Source: an uncultured Desulfosarcina sp. | GTDB taxonomy: Bacteria > Desulfobacterota > Desulfobacteria > Desulfobacterales > Desulfosarcinaceae | DNA: 64,000 nucleotides | Assembly (NCBI GenBank): GCA_963674945.2 | Contig: CAXXWQ010000004.1 | Span: 128,001-192,000, forward strand | Direction of reading: 5' to 3' | In this document: positions 28,794-38,878 of the stretch, in pieces | Numbering within the stretch: position 1 is the stretch's first letter | How the letters are laid out: each line of letters starts with the position of its first letter | The notes under the pieces: generated by a model | The model's database searches: none | The model's input: the letters and a program-made list of their open reading frames with translations, nothing else | What the model was told of the DNA's origin: nothing | Program-made: the position numbers and the translations under genes

Positions 28794-28801
28794 GGCAAAG
28801 A

Positions 28802-29590
28802 CTACCTTCTCAGGGTGGTGGCCGTTTTCAGCATATCGTCTGCGGCCTGTATGGTCTTGCTGTTGGTTTCATATGCCCGCTGGGCAACGATCATATTGAC
28901 CATTTCATCCACCACGCTCACGTTGGATAGTTCTAGATACCCCTGGGAGATCGTTCCGTACCCATCCTCCCCCGGTGTACCCGTGGTGGCATCTCCGGAA
29001 GCGGCCGTGGGGATATAAAGGTTTCTTCCGATGCTTTTCAAACCGGTGGGATTGATAAACTGGGCCAATTCGATAGTACCGATTTCGGAGGGCTGGTTGT
29101 CACCGGCCAGAAGCACGGAAACGGTACCATCTGTACCGATAGAAATGGATATGGTATCGGTGGGGATGGTGATTTCCGGCTCCATGGGATACCCATCCGA
29201 GGTAACGATCCGGCCTTCGCTGTCCAATTTGAAAGTTCCGGCACGGGTATAGCCGAGTTCTCCATTGGGCTGGATGACCTGAAAGAATCCGTCCCCTTCG
29301 ATGGCCATGTCCAGTTGGTTTTCGGTATTGTTGTACTCCCCCTGGGTGAACATCTTCTGGGTGGCCGCCGGTCGGACCCCGTGCCCCACCTGAATTCCCG
29401 TGGGCACCTGGGTGTCCGCGGAAGAAGAGACACCGGGCGATCGCAGTGTCTGGTAAAGGAGATCCTGGAAATCCGCCCGGCTCTTTTTGAAGCCGGAGGT
29501 TCCCACATTGGCCAGGTTATTGGAAATCACATCGATATTTAATGTCTGGGCCTGCATCCCCGTGGCTGCCGACCAAAGGCTTCTAATCAT
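28802..29590 (-). CDS. flgG: Distal rod protein
   Basis: [12 protein letters not shown]...NNLAN...FQDLLYQ and [20 protein letters not shown]. Confidence 0.97.
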   Translation of the reverse strand: MIRSLWSAATGMQAQTLNIDVISNNLANVGTSGFKKSRADFQDLLYQTLRSPGVSSSADTQVPTGIQVGHGVRPAATQKMFTQGEYNNTENQLDMAIEGDGFFQVIQPNGELGYTRAGTFKLDSEGRIVTSDGYPMEPEITIPTDTISISIGTDGTVSVLLAGDNQPSEIGTIELAQFINPTGLKSIGRNLYIPTAASGDATTGTPGEDGYGTISQGYLELSNVSVVDEMVNMIVAQRAYETNSKTIQAADDMLKTATTLRR

Positions 29591-29673
29591 GAAAACCTCC
29601 TATCTGCTCTCTTTTTTCCGCAAGGGCCGATGTTCGAAAACTTGCCGATGGATATAAAAGGCATGTACGAAAG

Positions 29674-30417
29674 CTACGCGATCGTGCCCACATCCTTGAT
29701 ACTCTTTCCCGTAGCTTCGTCGGCGCTTTGGATGACTTTCTGATACGCGTCGAAGATCCGGGATGTTTCGATCATCTCTGTCATGGCCCGAATGGGATTC
29801 ACATTTGCGGTCTCGACAAATCCTTGAGAAATTGTGTAATTTTCCGGCCGTGTCTGAACCGCTTCGGGATCGGTCGTGACGAATCGGCCGTTTCCCACCT
29901 TCATGAGTTGATTCCGCTTTTCAAAATCGATAATTTGCAGCTGCCCCACCTCGTCACCATCCACGTAGATGACGCCTTGTGAATCGATCTCGACGGTTCC
30001 CTGTGTTATCGTTATTTCTCCCCCCTCGCCAAGAACCGGATACCCATCGTGTGTTGTCAACACACCTTCGGAATTTACGGTAAAGCCACCCTGGCGGGTA
30101 TATTGCTGCCCGTCGGGGGTTTCAATGGAGAAAAATCCATCTCCGTCGATGGCCACGTCCAGCGGATTTCCCGTTTGTTGAAGAGCTCCCTGGGAAAAAT
30201 CGATGGCGGTTTCGAAAGGCGGCGCATAGGGAGACAATGTCTGAACCTGATCAACCGAGGCCAGTATCGGTTCCCGATCCTCTTGCGGCATCCGAAAAAC
30301 GGATCGTTCCCCTTTGTACCCGAGGGTATTGACGTTGGCAACATCGTTGGCCAACATCTCCAATCGCAATTGTTGGACCAAGGCACCGGCTGCGGCGAGG
30401 TACATGGCACCACTCAT
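29674..30417 (-). CDS. flgF: Proximal rod protein
   Basis: ANDVANVNTLGYK, TGNPLDVAIDGDGFF, ETANVN. ATG 30417. Confidence 0.92.
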   Translation of the reverse strand: MSGAMYLAAAGALVQQLRLEMLANDVANVNTLGYKGERSVFRMPQEDREPILASVDQVQTLSPYAPPFETAIDFSQGALQQTGNPLDVAIDGDGFFSIETPDGQQYTRQGGFTVNSEGVLTTHDGYPVLGEGGEITITQGTVEIDSQGVIYVDGDEVGQLQIIDFEKRNQLMKVGNGRFVTTDPEAVQTRPENYTISQGFVETANVNPIRAMTEMIETSRIFDAYQKVIQSADEATGKSIKDVGTIA

Positions 30418-30494
30418 GTGTATTCCCCTTGTTGGTTGATAGGCTGTTTTTTTTTCATCAGCTGTTTTTTCTGTTCTTTTTTCTCTGCGTAATA

Positions 30495-30510
30495 TGCAAT
30501 CCTTGTACCA
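30495..30510 (-). promoter_or_regulatory. Sigma54 promoter of the flgF operon
   Basis: TGGTAC-AAGGA-TTGCA (GG-N10-GC). Confidence 0.8.
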
Positions 30511-30630
30511 AACAAAAGAGACCCTGATTTTGCAGACGCATTGTCTGTGGTTCACGCCAAACGGTGGGCAATCGTTTCCCCGACCGGTCGTTTTTTCCCA
30601 ATTCATGCACTTTGCGAAGAAAGGGCATTT

Positions 30631-31080
30631 TCATGCCGCTTTCAGACGAAGAACCATGGCAACTTCATCTTCGGGTAACTGCAATTGCCGGGAAATATGG
30701 GAGGCGTCGGCTCCTTTTCGTGACATTGACAAGATTCGGTCATGGATTATTTCGTCTTCTTTCGCCCAACCAGCCATACCAGGAATTCCGTTTGTCTCGA
30801 CACGTTCGCTCATCGCCGGATTTCTGGCGACGACGCCCAGTTTTTGGCGCTCCCTGTCTATGGTTTCCGACAATGCAGCAAGCATGGCATCGGTCTTTTG
30901 GTCCATGAGATGGATCAATGCACGGTGCACCAATTCTTGTTCCTGCTGGGCAATATGGATTGCACCATTGTTCGATAAACCCTCTTTGCCCGGGCCGACA
31001 AATGTATCAGAACTGCGGTTTTTCCCGCTACGCAGCAAGGTTGCGACGAGCAACCAGATTTTATAGCAGGCACGTAACAT
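30631..31080 (-). CDS. Hypothetical protein with a C-terminal HTH-like tail (DUF2802-like), downstream of fliA
   Basis: Ends KGADASHISRQLQLPEDEVAMVLRLK; GAGG RBS before ATG 31080. Confidence 0.6.
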   Translation of the reverse strand: MLRACYKIWLLVATLLRSGKNRSSDTFVGPGKEGLSNNGAIHIAQQEQELVHRALIHLMDQKTDAMLAALSETIDRERQKLGVVARNPAMSERVETNGIPGMAGWAKEDEIIHDRILSMSRKGADASHISRQLQLPEDEVAMVLRLKAA

Positions 31081-31133
31081 GTTGACCTCTCTCTTGGTGG
31101 ATTACCGAAATCGTTTCAAAGGGATGCATACCA

Positions 31134-31904
31134 TCAATCTTCCAGCAATCCTTCCTTGCGGAGCTTGCTGCGCAGATGGATAATGGCTTGGGCATGAATT
31201 TGCGACACACGGGATTCGGTGATATTCATCACTTTTCCAATCTCTTTCATGGTCAATTCTTCTGAATAATAAAGGGATACCACGAGCCTTTCTTTCTCCG
31301 GCAACAAGTCGATGTTTTTTGCGATGGTATTTTTTATCTCTTTCATTGTCGTCAGTGACAATGCATCGTCGGCATTTCCGCTGGCCATGGCACTCGAAAT
31401 TGCAGTCGTGTCATTGCGTGAAGGGTAGCCAACCTCTTCAAAACTGACGAAGGAGATACTTGACATGCGTTTGATCTTGTAAAACTGCTCCATGTCCATG
31501 TTCATCTCGGCTGCGACCTCTTCGTCCTCTACTTCTCTACCCAGTTTTTGCTCGAGCTTCATATATGCTTTTTCCAGATCCCTGATTTTCCTTCTGGTCG
31601 TGCGTCCCAAAAAATCTCTTGATCGAAGTTCGCTGAGCACGGCCCCCTTAATCCTGAATACGGCATACGTGATGAACTTGTTGTCCCTCATCGGATCGTA
31701 TCTTTCAATGGCTTGGATCAACCCGATGATACCGACATTGATCAAGTCATCCACCTCTATGGTCGCCGGCAGATAGACAGCAATACGGTTAACGATTCGC
31801 TTCACATAGGGTAGGTACTCGTTAATGATCTGATTTCGAAGCAAATGGTTCTCTTTTCCAAAATTTTCTTCTCTTGATTGCGCCAGATCCATTTTTTTCT
31901 CCAT
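31134..31904 (-). CDS. fliA: RNA polymerase sigma28
   Basis: DDLINVGIIGL, FITYAVFRIKGAVLSELR, LPEKERLVVSLYY, ITESRVSQIH. Confidence 0.97.
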   Translation of the reverse strand: MEKKMDLAQSREENFGKENHLLRNQIINEYLPYVKRIVNRIAVYLPATIEVDDLINVGIIGLIQAIERYDPMRDNKFITYAVFRIKGAVLSELRSRDFLGRTTRRKIRDLEKAYMKLEQKLGREVEDEEVAAEMNMDMEQFYKIKRMSSISFVSFEEVGYPSRNDTTAISSAMASGNADDALSLTTMKEIKNTIAKNIDLLPEKERLVVSLYYSEELTMKEIGKVMNITESRVSQIHAQAIIHLRSKLRKEGLLED

Positions 31905-32042
31905 GTTTAGGAATTCTTCCGATGTTCATCGACCTACCGACATTTATGGCAAAAATCTGATGAATGCATATCAGGCCATTCTGGCCACCTCCATGAAATA
32001 AAGCTCAACTTTTATGAGTTGTCTCATCTTTCCTCGCTCTGC

Positions 32043-32930
32043 TCATAAAAGATCCTGCCCGATCAACGGACGGTTATCGTTTTCATCGTTAAACGGTTGT
32101 GACCGCAAGAGCTTGTGAACCAGCTCTGAAAAATCCCTGCTGGCTTGCGTCATTGGGGCCATCTCGCTGACGACTTTTTGTTTTTTAACACCCACTTTCA
32201 CTTTTTCATCGATCAAAACACTTCCAAAATATTCGATGGAAACATCCAGAAATCGATCCGCAACGAGACAGAGTTGCCGGCTGACTTCGTCGGCTTCTCT
32301 ACTATCCTTTGCCAGGTTGACGAGCAACCGGAAGTGTTTCTGCTGATATCGCACGGACAAAATCTTCATCAACGCATATGCATCGGTGATGGAAGTGGGT
32401 TCCGGTGTTACGACGACCATGATTTCGTTTGCCATTGCAGCAAAGTAGAGGACATTGGATGAAATCCCGGCGGCCGTGTCGATCAGCACGACATCGTAAT
32501 CGCACACCAATTCATTGAGCTTCTGCATGATCGCTTCTTGCTGATCGGATGTCAGCCGGGTGAGTTCCTGAATTCCGGACGACGCAGGAAGAATCTTCAA
32601 ATTTCCAGGCCCCGAAACGATGATCTCGGAAAGGGTTTTCGTGCCTTCGATCACGTGGGATAGATTATACTTGGGCACCAGTCCCAAAAGGACATCGAGA
32701 TTTCCCAATCCCAGGTCCGCATCGAAGATAAGAACGCGTTTTCCCATCTTGCACAGGGAGTATCCCAAATTGGCAACGATGTTTGTTTTTCCAACCCCAC
32801 CTTTGCCACTTGCGATGGATATGACCCGTGTCATAAAAGCTTTACGTCTATTTTTTTTCGATAAAGAATTTTTCTTGCTTCTGATTTGATTCAACCGAAT
32901 AATCTGACCGGTGTTGGTAGAATTTGGCAT
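32043..32930 (-). CDS. flhG: MinD-like flagellar number regulator
   Basis: SGKGGVGKT, DADLGLGN, IDTAAGIS, PEPTSITDAYA. ATG 32930 follows AGGAG. Confidence 0.95.
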   Translation of the reverse strand: MPNSTNTGQIIRLNQIRSKKNSLSKKNRRKAFMTRVISIASGKGGVGKTNIVANLGYSLCKMGKRVLIFDADLGLGNLDVLLGLVPKYNLSHVIEGTKTLSEIIVSGPGNLKILPASSGIQELTRLTSDQQEAIMQKLNELVCDYDVVLIDTAAGISSNVLYFAAMANEIMVVVTPEPTSITDAYALMKILSVRYQQKHFRLLVNLAKDSREADEVSRQLCLVADRFLDVSIEYFGSVLIDEKVKVGVKKQKVVSEMAPMTQASRDFSELVHKLLRSQPFNDENDNRPLIGQDLL

Positions 32931-32949
32931 TGCCGTTGGTTCTCCTGGA

Positions 32950-34359
32950 TTAAAGGGCTTTTGCTCGTTGAAAATGAAACGATTCGGTTTCCGTCTTTTC
33001 GGCAAAAAAATCGGCGCAACACGCCTGGCACGGTTTGAAACCATGGGTTATGGCTTTTTCCATGCTGCTAAATGTGGTAACGTTTCGCGTCTTCATTTTC
33101 GTAACCGATATGCAATCGGGACGGTGAAACAATTCTGAATTTCGATTGACGATAAAGTTATCACCTTCACCGTCAGGAGTATTTTCCATTGGTGAAAAAT
33201 GGTTTGCACCGCCAGATGGTAAATCATCTATTGTTTTTCCATTTGCCGATTTTTTATTCGTAGCATCCTCCGAGGCCCACATCGATGCGGCCTCTTTCAA
33301 CCCGTCGAACAAATTCGCCCCATCACCGAAGAATGAGGAAGGAATCTTCGCATTTTCCAATGCTTTTTGTATCCAACAAGTCTGAAAATACTCATCTACG
33401 TGAGTAAAGAGAAGTCTATCTACACCAAGAGGAGAGAAGGCATCGATATTCTTTGCCGTTATCTCCTCACGAACGGTGGCATTTACCACCATATGGATTT
33501 CATCCGGATTTGCCAAATCGAGAAGGTTCCCAAGATCATCAATTTTGGTCTCTTCTATATTGTCTATTCCAGGAGTATCTATGAGAACAACCTGCGCCTT
33601 ATCAAACTGCTTCATCGCACGATGCATCTGATCTTTATCATGCACAACCGATAAGGGGATTCCCATTATTTTCGCCACACCCGTGAGAAGGCCATTACCG
33701 CCAATTCGAAATCGATCGAGGCTGATGAGTGCCGTTGGCCTCTTCTCGTTTACATGACAATGCCAGGCCAGTTTGGCTATCGTGGTGCTCTTTCCCACAC
33801 CACATGAACCGACCAGTGCGATAATTTTACGGCAGGTGGCATTCCGATAAAATGGGGGGGCGATCAAATGCGTTGCGCCGCAGGAATGCTGCGCTGGACC
33901 GAATGTTTTCGCGGCCGCCACATATGAGCGCACCGGCTTTCTTGAACTTTCCTTTTTCTTTTGTTCCGGATCAGATAACGGGGGCAGGGTCTTTGCACCA
34001 TCCTTTTTGAAAAAGCATGACGATGGTGCTGTTGAAAGAGATGTAACGGATTTTTGTCGTGACCCTTTGGTTTTTTGCGCATTTGCTTTGCTGGAAAGGG
34101 AAACGCGATCGGTTTCTGAATCCGCTTCCAGCTGTTTTGAAAGTTCGCTGGAAAAAGAGTTGCAGTCCGTATCGATATCCGCGTCTTTCATATAATCGAC
34201 GGCAGCGGTAATCTCAACGCTCTTTTTCTTCAACGGGTTGAAAAAACCTCCCAATCGAATTTCCTTGGCCGACAAAATCACTGCCTCTTCGCCGAACTCG
34301 TCTTTTACCAGGCGAAGTGCTTCTGTCATGTCGGCTGCTTCAAAGCGCTTAACTTGCAT
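32950..34359 (-). CDS. flhF: SRP-family GTPase FlhF with an extra C-terminal Ada-like Zn-binding domain
   Basis: MQVKRFEAADMTEALRLVK...AVILS N-terminus, GSCGVGKSTTIAKLA, DTPG; tail FHRPDC...GFKPCQAC. Located between flhA and flhG. Confidence 0.88.
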   Translation of the reverse strand: MQVKRFEAADMTEALRLVKDEFGEEAVILSAKEIRLGGFFNPLKKKSVEITAAVDYMKDADIDTDCNSFSSELSKQLEADSETDRVSLSSKANAQKTKGSRQKSVTSLSTAPSSCFFKKDGAKTLPPLSDPEQKKKESSRKPVRSYVAAAKTFGPAQHSCGATHLIAPPFYRNATCRKIIALVGSCGVGKSTTIAKLAWHCHVNEKRPTALISLDRFRIGGNGLLTGVAKIMGIPLSVVHDKDQMHRAMKQFDKAQVVLIDTPGIDNIEETKIDDLGNLLDLANPDEIHMVVNATVREEITAKNIDAFSPLGVDRLLFTHVDEYFQTCWIQKALENAKIPSSFFGDGANLFDGLKEAASMWASEDATNKKSANGKTIDDLPSGGANHFSPMENTPDGEGDNFIVNRNSELFHRPDCISVTKMKTRNVTTFSSMEKAITHGFKPCQACCADFFAEKTETESFHFQRAKAL

Positions 34360-36460
34360 CTGAGGCCTCCACGTTTCCCACGATATGGATCTTGGCACTG
34401 CTAACAATCTCGTCGTAGGAAAGTATTGTCAGTCCGGGAACGAATCGATCCGTCAATTTTTTAAACTGACCGCGAATGTGGGCCGAACAAACCAAAATGG
34501 GCTGTGTATCCAAGGACTTGAAATCTTCCATTTTCACGGTCAGGTCATCCATAATCGATTTCGCATATGCCGGATCAATGGCAATAAATTGTCCTTGATC
34601 GCTTTTTTGCATGCTTTCGATGACTTTTCGTTCCACCCGCTGATCCAGGGTGAGCACGTGGAGTTTTCCTTCTTCCGTCTGATATAGACGCGTAATCGTG
34701 CGTGCCAGTGACTGTCGCACGTGCTCCGTCAACATATCCAGGTTTTTGGTACTCGGTGCCCAATCAGCAAGCGTTTCCACGATCGTTAGAAGATCCCTTA
34801 CAGGTACTTGTTCCACCAACAGATTCTGTATCACACGAACAACGCCGCCGAGGGTAACGAGGTTGGGAACCAGTTCCTCGACAACCTTTGGATGACTGTT
34901 TTTGAGAGTGTCCAACATCCGCTGAACTTCCTGCCGGCCAACCAGTTCATGTGCGTGACGGCGAATCACATCGGAAATATGTGTGGTCATGATCGTGGGC
35001 AGGTCCACCACGATGTACCCTTTGGAAGAGGCATCATCACGAGCCGATGGTTTGATCCAATAGGCCTGTAGCCCGTATGTGGGCTCACGGGTTGCCATTC
35101 CGTTGATTTTGGCACCCACATTTCCAGGATTCATTGCCATGAGGTGGTTGACCATCAGTTCACCGCTAGCGATCTCGATTCCCTTCAACATGATGGAATA
35201 AGCCCCCGGTTTCAGTTTCATGTTATCCTGGATATGGATGGATGGAACGATGATGCCGATCTCTTGGGCAATCTGAAGGCGAATCGATTTGATGCGCTGT
35301 AAAAGTTCCCCATTTTGTTCAGTATCCACAAGCGGGATGAGACCATATCCCACCTCAAGGGCCAATACATCTACTGGAGGCAGAGGCTTAAAAACTTCAG
35401 GCTGCGTTTCCTTCGCCTCCGTTTCCTGCCGCAGGGCCAACTCTTCAGACGCAAGGACTTTTTCTTGCTGTGTTTGGCGAATCAAGTAGGAAACGAAACC
35501 GGCGGTAACGGACAGGATGAGAAATGGAAGTGTCGGCAACCCGGGGACCAACGCCAGACCGATAAGAATCGCGGAGGCGACCCCAAAGGCTCTGGGTTGA
35601 ACCAGCAGTTGCCCTCCGATCTCCAAACCCAGACTCTTGTCTGACCCGGCCCGCGTGACGATGATACCGGCAGCGGTTGAAATGATAAGGGCCGGTATCT
35701 GGCTGACCAGCCCATCCCCAACGGTAAGAAGGGTATAGGTCTGTGCCGCATCAAAGAAGTTCATGTCTTTTTGGAACACACCGATGGCAAACCCGGCAAG
35801 GATGTTGACCAGTGTAATAATGATTCCGGCAATGGCATCACCGCGAACAAACTTGTTGGCACCATCCATTGCACCGTAATACTCTGCTTCCTTGCTGATC
35901 TGTTCCCGTCGTTCCCTTGCCTCGGCCTCTTCGATGAGTCCGGCATTCAAATCCGCATCGATAGCCATCTGTTTGCCGGGCATGGCGTCCAGCGTGAATC
36001 GTGCCGCCACTTCTGCAATCCTGCCGGCCCCTTTGGTAATGACCATGAAGTTGATCACTACGAGAATGATGAATACGATCAATCCGACCAAGAAGTTGCC
36101 ACCAACCACAAAATTACCGAAGGCCATGATCACCTTACCGGCAGCGTGGGTTCCCTCGTGGCCGTGGAGCAGGATCATCCGTGTGGAGGCAACGTTCAAA
36201 GAAAGACGAAACAAAGTAGAAAGCAAAAGCAATGAGGGAAAGGAAGATAGATCCAATGGTTTGAGCACATACATGCCCACCAACAAGATGATCAGGGAGA
36301 AAGTGATGTTGAAGGACAAAAACAGGTCCAACATCATTGTTGGAATGGGGATCACCATGATCATCAAAATTGCCATGGCGGCCAATCCCATCATTACATC
36401 GGTATTTTGCGTAATGAAGGCAAACCGGTCGAGAAAAGTTTTGCGTTGTGCAAGTTCCAT
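34349..36460 (-). CDS. flhA: Flagellar export gate protein
   Basis: RIAEVAARFTLDAMPGKQMAIDADL and GAMDGANKFVRGDAIAG. Confidence 0.98.
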   Translation of the reverse strand: MELAQRKTFLDRFAFITQNTDVMMGLAAMAILMIMVIPIPTMMLDLFLSFNITFSLIILLVGMYVLKPLDLSSFPSLLLLSTLFRLSLNVASTRMILLHGHEGTHAAGKVIMAFGNFVVGGNFLVGLIVFIILVVINFMVITKGAGRIAEVAARFTLDAMPGKQMAIDADLNAGLIEEAEARERREQISKEAEYYGAMDGANKFVRGDAIAGIIITLVNILAGFAIGVFQKDMNFFDAAQTYTLLTVGDGLVSQIPALIISTAAGIIVTRAGSDKSLGLEIGGQLLVQPRAFGVASAILIGLALVPGLPTLPFLILSVTAGFVSYLIRQTQQEKVLASEELALRQETEAKETQPEVFKPLPPVDVLALEVGYGLIPLVDTEQNGELLQRIKSIRLQIAQEIGIIVPSIHIQDNMKLKPGAYSIMLKGIEIASGELMVNHLMAMNPGNVGAKINGMATREPTYGLQAYWIKPSARDDASSKGYIVVDLPTIMTTHISDVIRRHAHELVGRQEVQRMLDTLKNSHPKVVEELVPNLVTLGGVVRVIQNLLVEQVPVRDLLTIVETLADWAPSTKNLDMLTEHVRQSLARTITRLYQTEEGKLHVLTLDQRVERKVIESMQKSDQGQFIAIDPAYAKSIMDDLTVKMEDFKSLDTQPILVCSAHIRGQFKKLTDRFVPGLTILSYDEIVSSAKIHIVGNVEASDAS

Positions 36461-36508
36461 GGTGTGTGTAAGGGCTCCTAGCGGTCGTGTCGGTTAGACA
36501 GCTGAAAA

Positions 36509-36524
36509 AGCATTTTCCATGCCC
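36509..36524 (-). promoter_or_regulatory. Sigma54 promoter of the flhA operon
   Basis: GGGCAT-GGAAA-ATGCT (GG-N10-GC), with a GTCAA-N4-TTGTC box at 36655-36668. Confidence 0.6.
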
Positions 36525-36717
36525 AGAAATGTCTTTTTTCGAATGACCAAACGAATAAGTTTATAAAATCTCGGTAATATTATAGATTTTTATTGTTGAA
36601 GCGATCTATGGGAGTCTGTTTTCGCGGTTTTGCACCGATGGGAAAAACCGAAGCGTCAATTTTTTGTCCGATCGCCAATTCGGCGAAATAATATGGATGG
36701 ATACATAAACGATCGTA

Positions 36718-37782
36718 TTAGCTGACATGTCCCTTGAGCCTGTACACATAGGCAAGGATTTCCGCCACCGCCTGGTATAGTTCCACGGGAATAAAATCAC
36801 CGATTTCGGTAGATTTGAACATGGCCCTTGCCAGTGGTTTATTTTCCACCAGTGGCACATCGTTTTCCTTTGCGATGGCCTTTATCTTCTGGGCGACGTA
36901 ACCTGCTCCTTTGGCAACGACCCTGGGCGCTGGCAAGCCTTCATCGTATTTCAGGGCAATCGCCAGATGGGTGGGGTTGGTGATCACCACCGTCGCTTCC
37001 GGAACCGCCTCCATCATCCGCTTTCTGGCCATTTCCCGTTGTACCGCACGGATTCGGGCCTTGACCTTTGGATCACCCTCCCGGTTCTTGTATTCGTCCT
37101 TGACCTCCTGTTTGGTCATCCGCAGGTCCTTTTTGTACTGCCATTTCGAATAGGTAAAATCCGCCACGGCAAGCAATACCAGAGCGAGACAGACATAGAA
37201 ACAGACCTGGAAGGAGACATGACCGATGAAAGACAAGATCTGTGGAACGTTTAGTTGCATGAGGCCGGGAATCTGATCCTGGTATCGTTGAACGACGGCA
37301 TAGGCAACACCGCCGATGATCACCAGCTTTATGATGGATTTGAAAAGCTCCACCAAAGAATTCAGTGAAACGAATTTCTTGATGCCCTTGATGGGATCGA
37401 GTTTGGTAATATTAAATTTTAACTTTTCACCGGTGATCAGAAAACCGAACTGGGCCACGTTTCCGACCACGCCGGCAACAAGAACCGGCACCATCAGCGG
37501 TAGTAATACGGTAGCGCAGCTCAGGAACATCTCCCAGAGCAATTCGTTCATATTTCCCGGCACCATATGCAAGGTCCCTGCCCGCTGGTACATGCCGCGC
37601 ATGGTGTTGATCAGATGATCGAGTATCCAGGAGCCGGCAAAAAATAGGACGCCGATGCTGGAGAAGAGAATCAATACCGATGGAATTTCCTTGGTCTGGG
37701 CCACGTTGCCCTTGTGTCGGGCATCGGAAAGTTTCTTTCCGGTCGGTTGTTCGGTTTTTTCCTGGCTCGAATCACCTGACAT
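36718..37782 (-). CDS. flhB: Export substrate-specificity switch
   Basis: EKTEQPT and the NPTH autocleavage motif. Confidence 0.97.
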   Translation of the reverse strand: MSGDSSQEKTEQPTGKKLSDARHKGNVAQTKEIPSVLILFSSIGVLFFAGSWILDHLINTMRGMYQRAGTLHMVPGNMNELLWEMFLSCATVLLPLMVPVLVAGVVGNVAQFGFLITGEKLKFNITKLDPIKGIKKFVSLNSLVELFKSIIKLVIIGGVAYAVVQRYQDQIPGLMQLNVPQILSFIGHVSFQVCFYVCLALVLLAVADFTYSKWQYKKDLRMTKQEVKDEYKNREGDPKVKARIRAVQREMARKRMMEAVPEATVVITNPTHLAIALKYDEGLPAPRVVAKGAGYVAQKIKAIAKENDVPLVENKPLARAMFKSTEIGDFIPVELYQAVAEILAYVYRLKGHVS

Positions 37783-37785
37783 ATA

Positions 37786-38574
37786 TCACCTCGGGGCCAT
37801 CAATCGAATCACATCAACGAGCGTCACTTGATAGGAGGAGAATAGATCTATCAGAAAAGCTGTCAGATACGGAGCGACGACGACCATGAAAATCAGCCCG
37901 ATGACGATCTTGAGCGGCATGGCGACGATGAAGACATTCATTTGAGGAACGGTACGTGCCACCAGTCCGAGACCCACTGTCACCACCAACAAGGCGGTAA
38001 TCAACGGAGCCCCCACCTTGATGGCGACGATAAACATATTGGTTGCCAGTTTCATGATCATCTCAACCAATTGAGGGTTCATATGCATGGTCAATGGCGG
38101 GAGTATCGTGTAGCTGTCCACAAGAGCCCAGAAAAACATGTGGTGGGCGTTTATGGCCAAAAAGACCAGCATCGCCGTCAAGTTGTAAATCTGGGCAATG
38201 ATGGGGATCTGCATGCTGGATGCGGGATCGATCACGTTTGCCACGGCAAACCCCATCTGGTAGCCGACCATCTGCCCGGCCAGTTGGATACCGGCGAAAA
38301 GCAGTTTAACGGTCATGCCGATGGTTACACCGATGGCAACCTCGGAGATTATACCGATCACGAAGGTGAACAGGGTCAGATCCGAAACGGTAACGATTGT
38401 CTTGACCGTCGGAAGCACCAGAACGCTGACGGCAAGGGCGAGACCCGCCTTGAACACAACGGGAATACTACTGGATTCCAAGATGGGTGCTGTGAAGATG
38501 ATGGCCGCCACGCGAAGAAATACGAGGATCAGGCCGTAGAACAGATCCATGGGGATGTTAAGGGTCGCCATCAT
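37786..38574 (-). CDS. fliR: Flagellar export protein
   Basis: Hydrophobic; AGQMVGYQMGF and RTVPQMNVF. Confidence 0.95.
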   Translation of the reverse strand: MMATLNIPMDLFYGLILVFLRVAAIIFTAPILESSSIPVVFKAGLALAVSVLVLPTVKTIVTVSDLTLFTFVIGIISEVAIGVTIGMTVKLLFAGIQLAGQMVGYQMGFAVANVIDPASSMQIPIIAQIYNLTAMLVFLAINAHHMFFWALVDSYTILPPLTMHMNPQLVEMIMKLATNMFIVAIKVGAPLITALLVVTVGLGLVARTVPQMNVFIVAMPLKIVIGLIFMVVVAPYLTAFLIDLFSSYQVTLVDVIRLMAPR

Positions 38575-38596
38575 GCTTCACCCCAGCGTCGCATGT

Positions 38597-38866
38597 TCAA
38601 CGGATGTAGCTGGGCAGACTGGTGAAAAGATTCTGGGTAAACCCGATGATCAAATCCATCATCCATGGAAAGAAAAACAAAAGTGCCAGTCCCACACATA
38701 ACATCTTGGGAACGAAGACCAGGGTCATCTCGTTTATGGAAGTGGCCGCCTGAAACATGCTGACCAGCACACCGGTGATCAGCCCTACGGCCAGCATGGG
38801 AGCGGCCAGAAGAATGGCGGTCTTTATGGCCTCCATGAAAAATCCGGTAACGAATTCAGGGGTCAT
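38597..38866 (-). CDS. fliQ: Flagellar export protein
   Basis: VSMFQAATSINEMTLVFVPK. Confidence 0.96.
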   Translation of the reverse strand: MTPEFVTGFFMEAIKTAILLAAPMLAVGLITGVLVSMFQAATSINEMTLVFVPKMLCVGLALLFFFPWMMDLIIGFTQNLFTSLPSYIR

Positions 38867-38878
38867 GGGAATCTCCTT

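Noticed and set aside
30418..30606. N-terminal extension of flgF in the ORF track
   Set aside because: It spans the sigma54 promoter; homology begins at ATG 30417.
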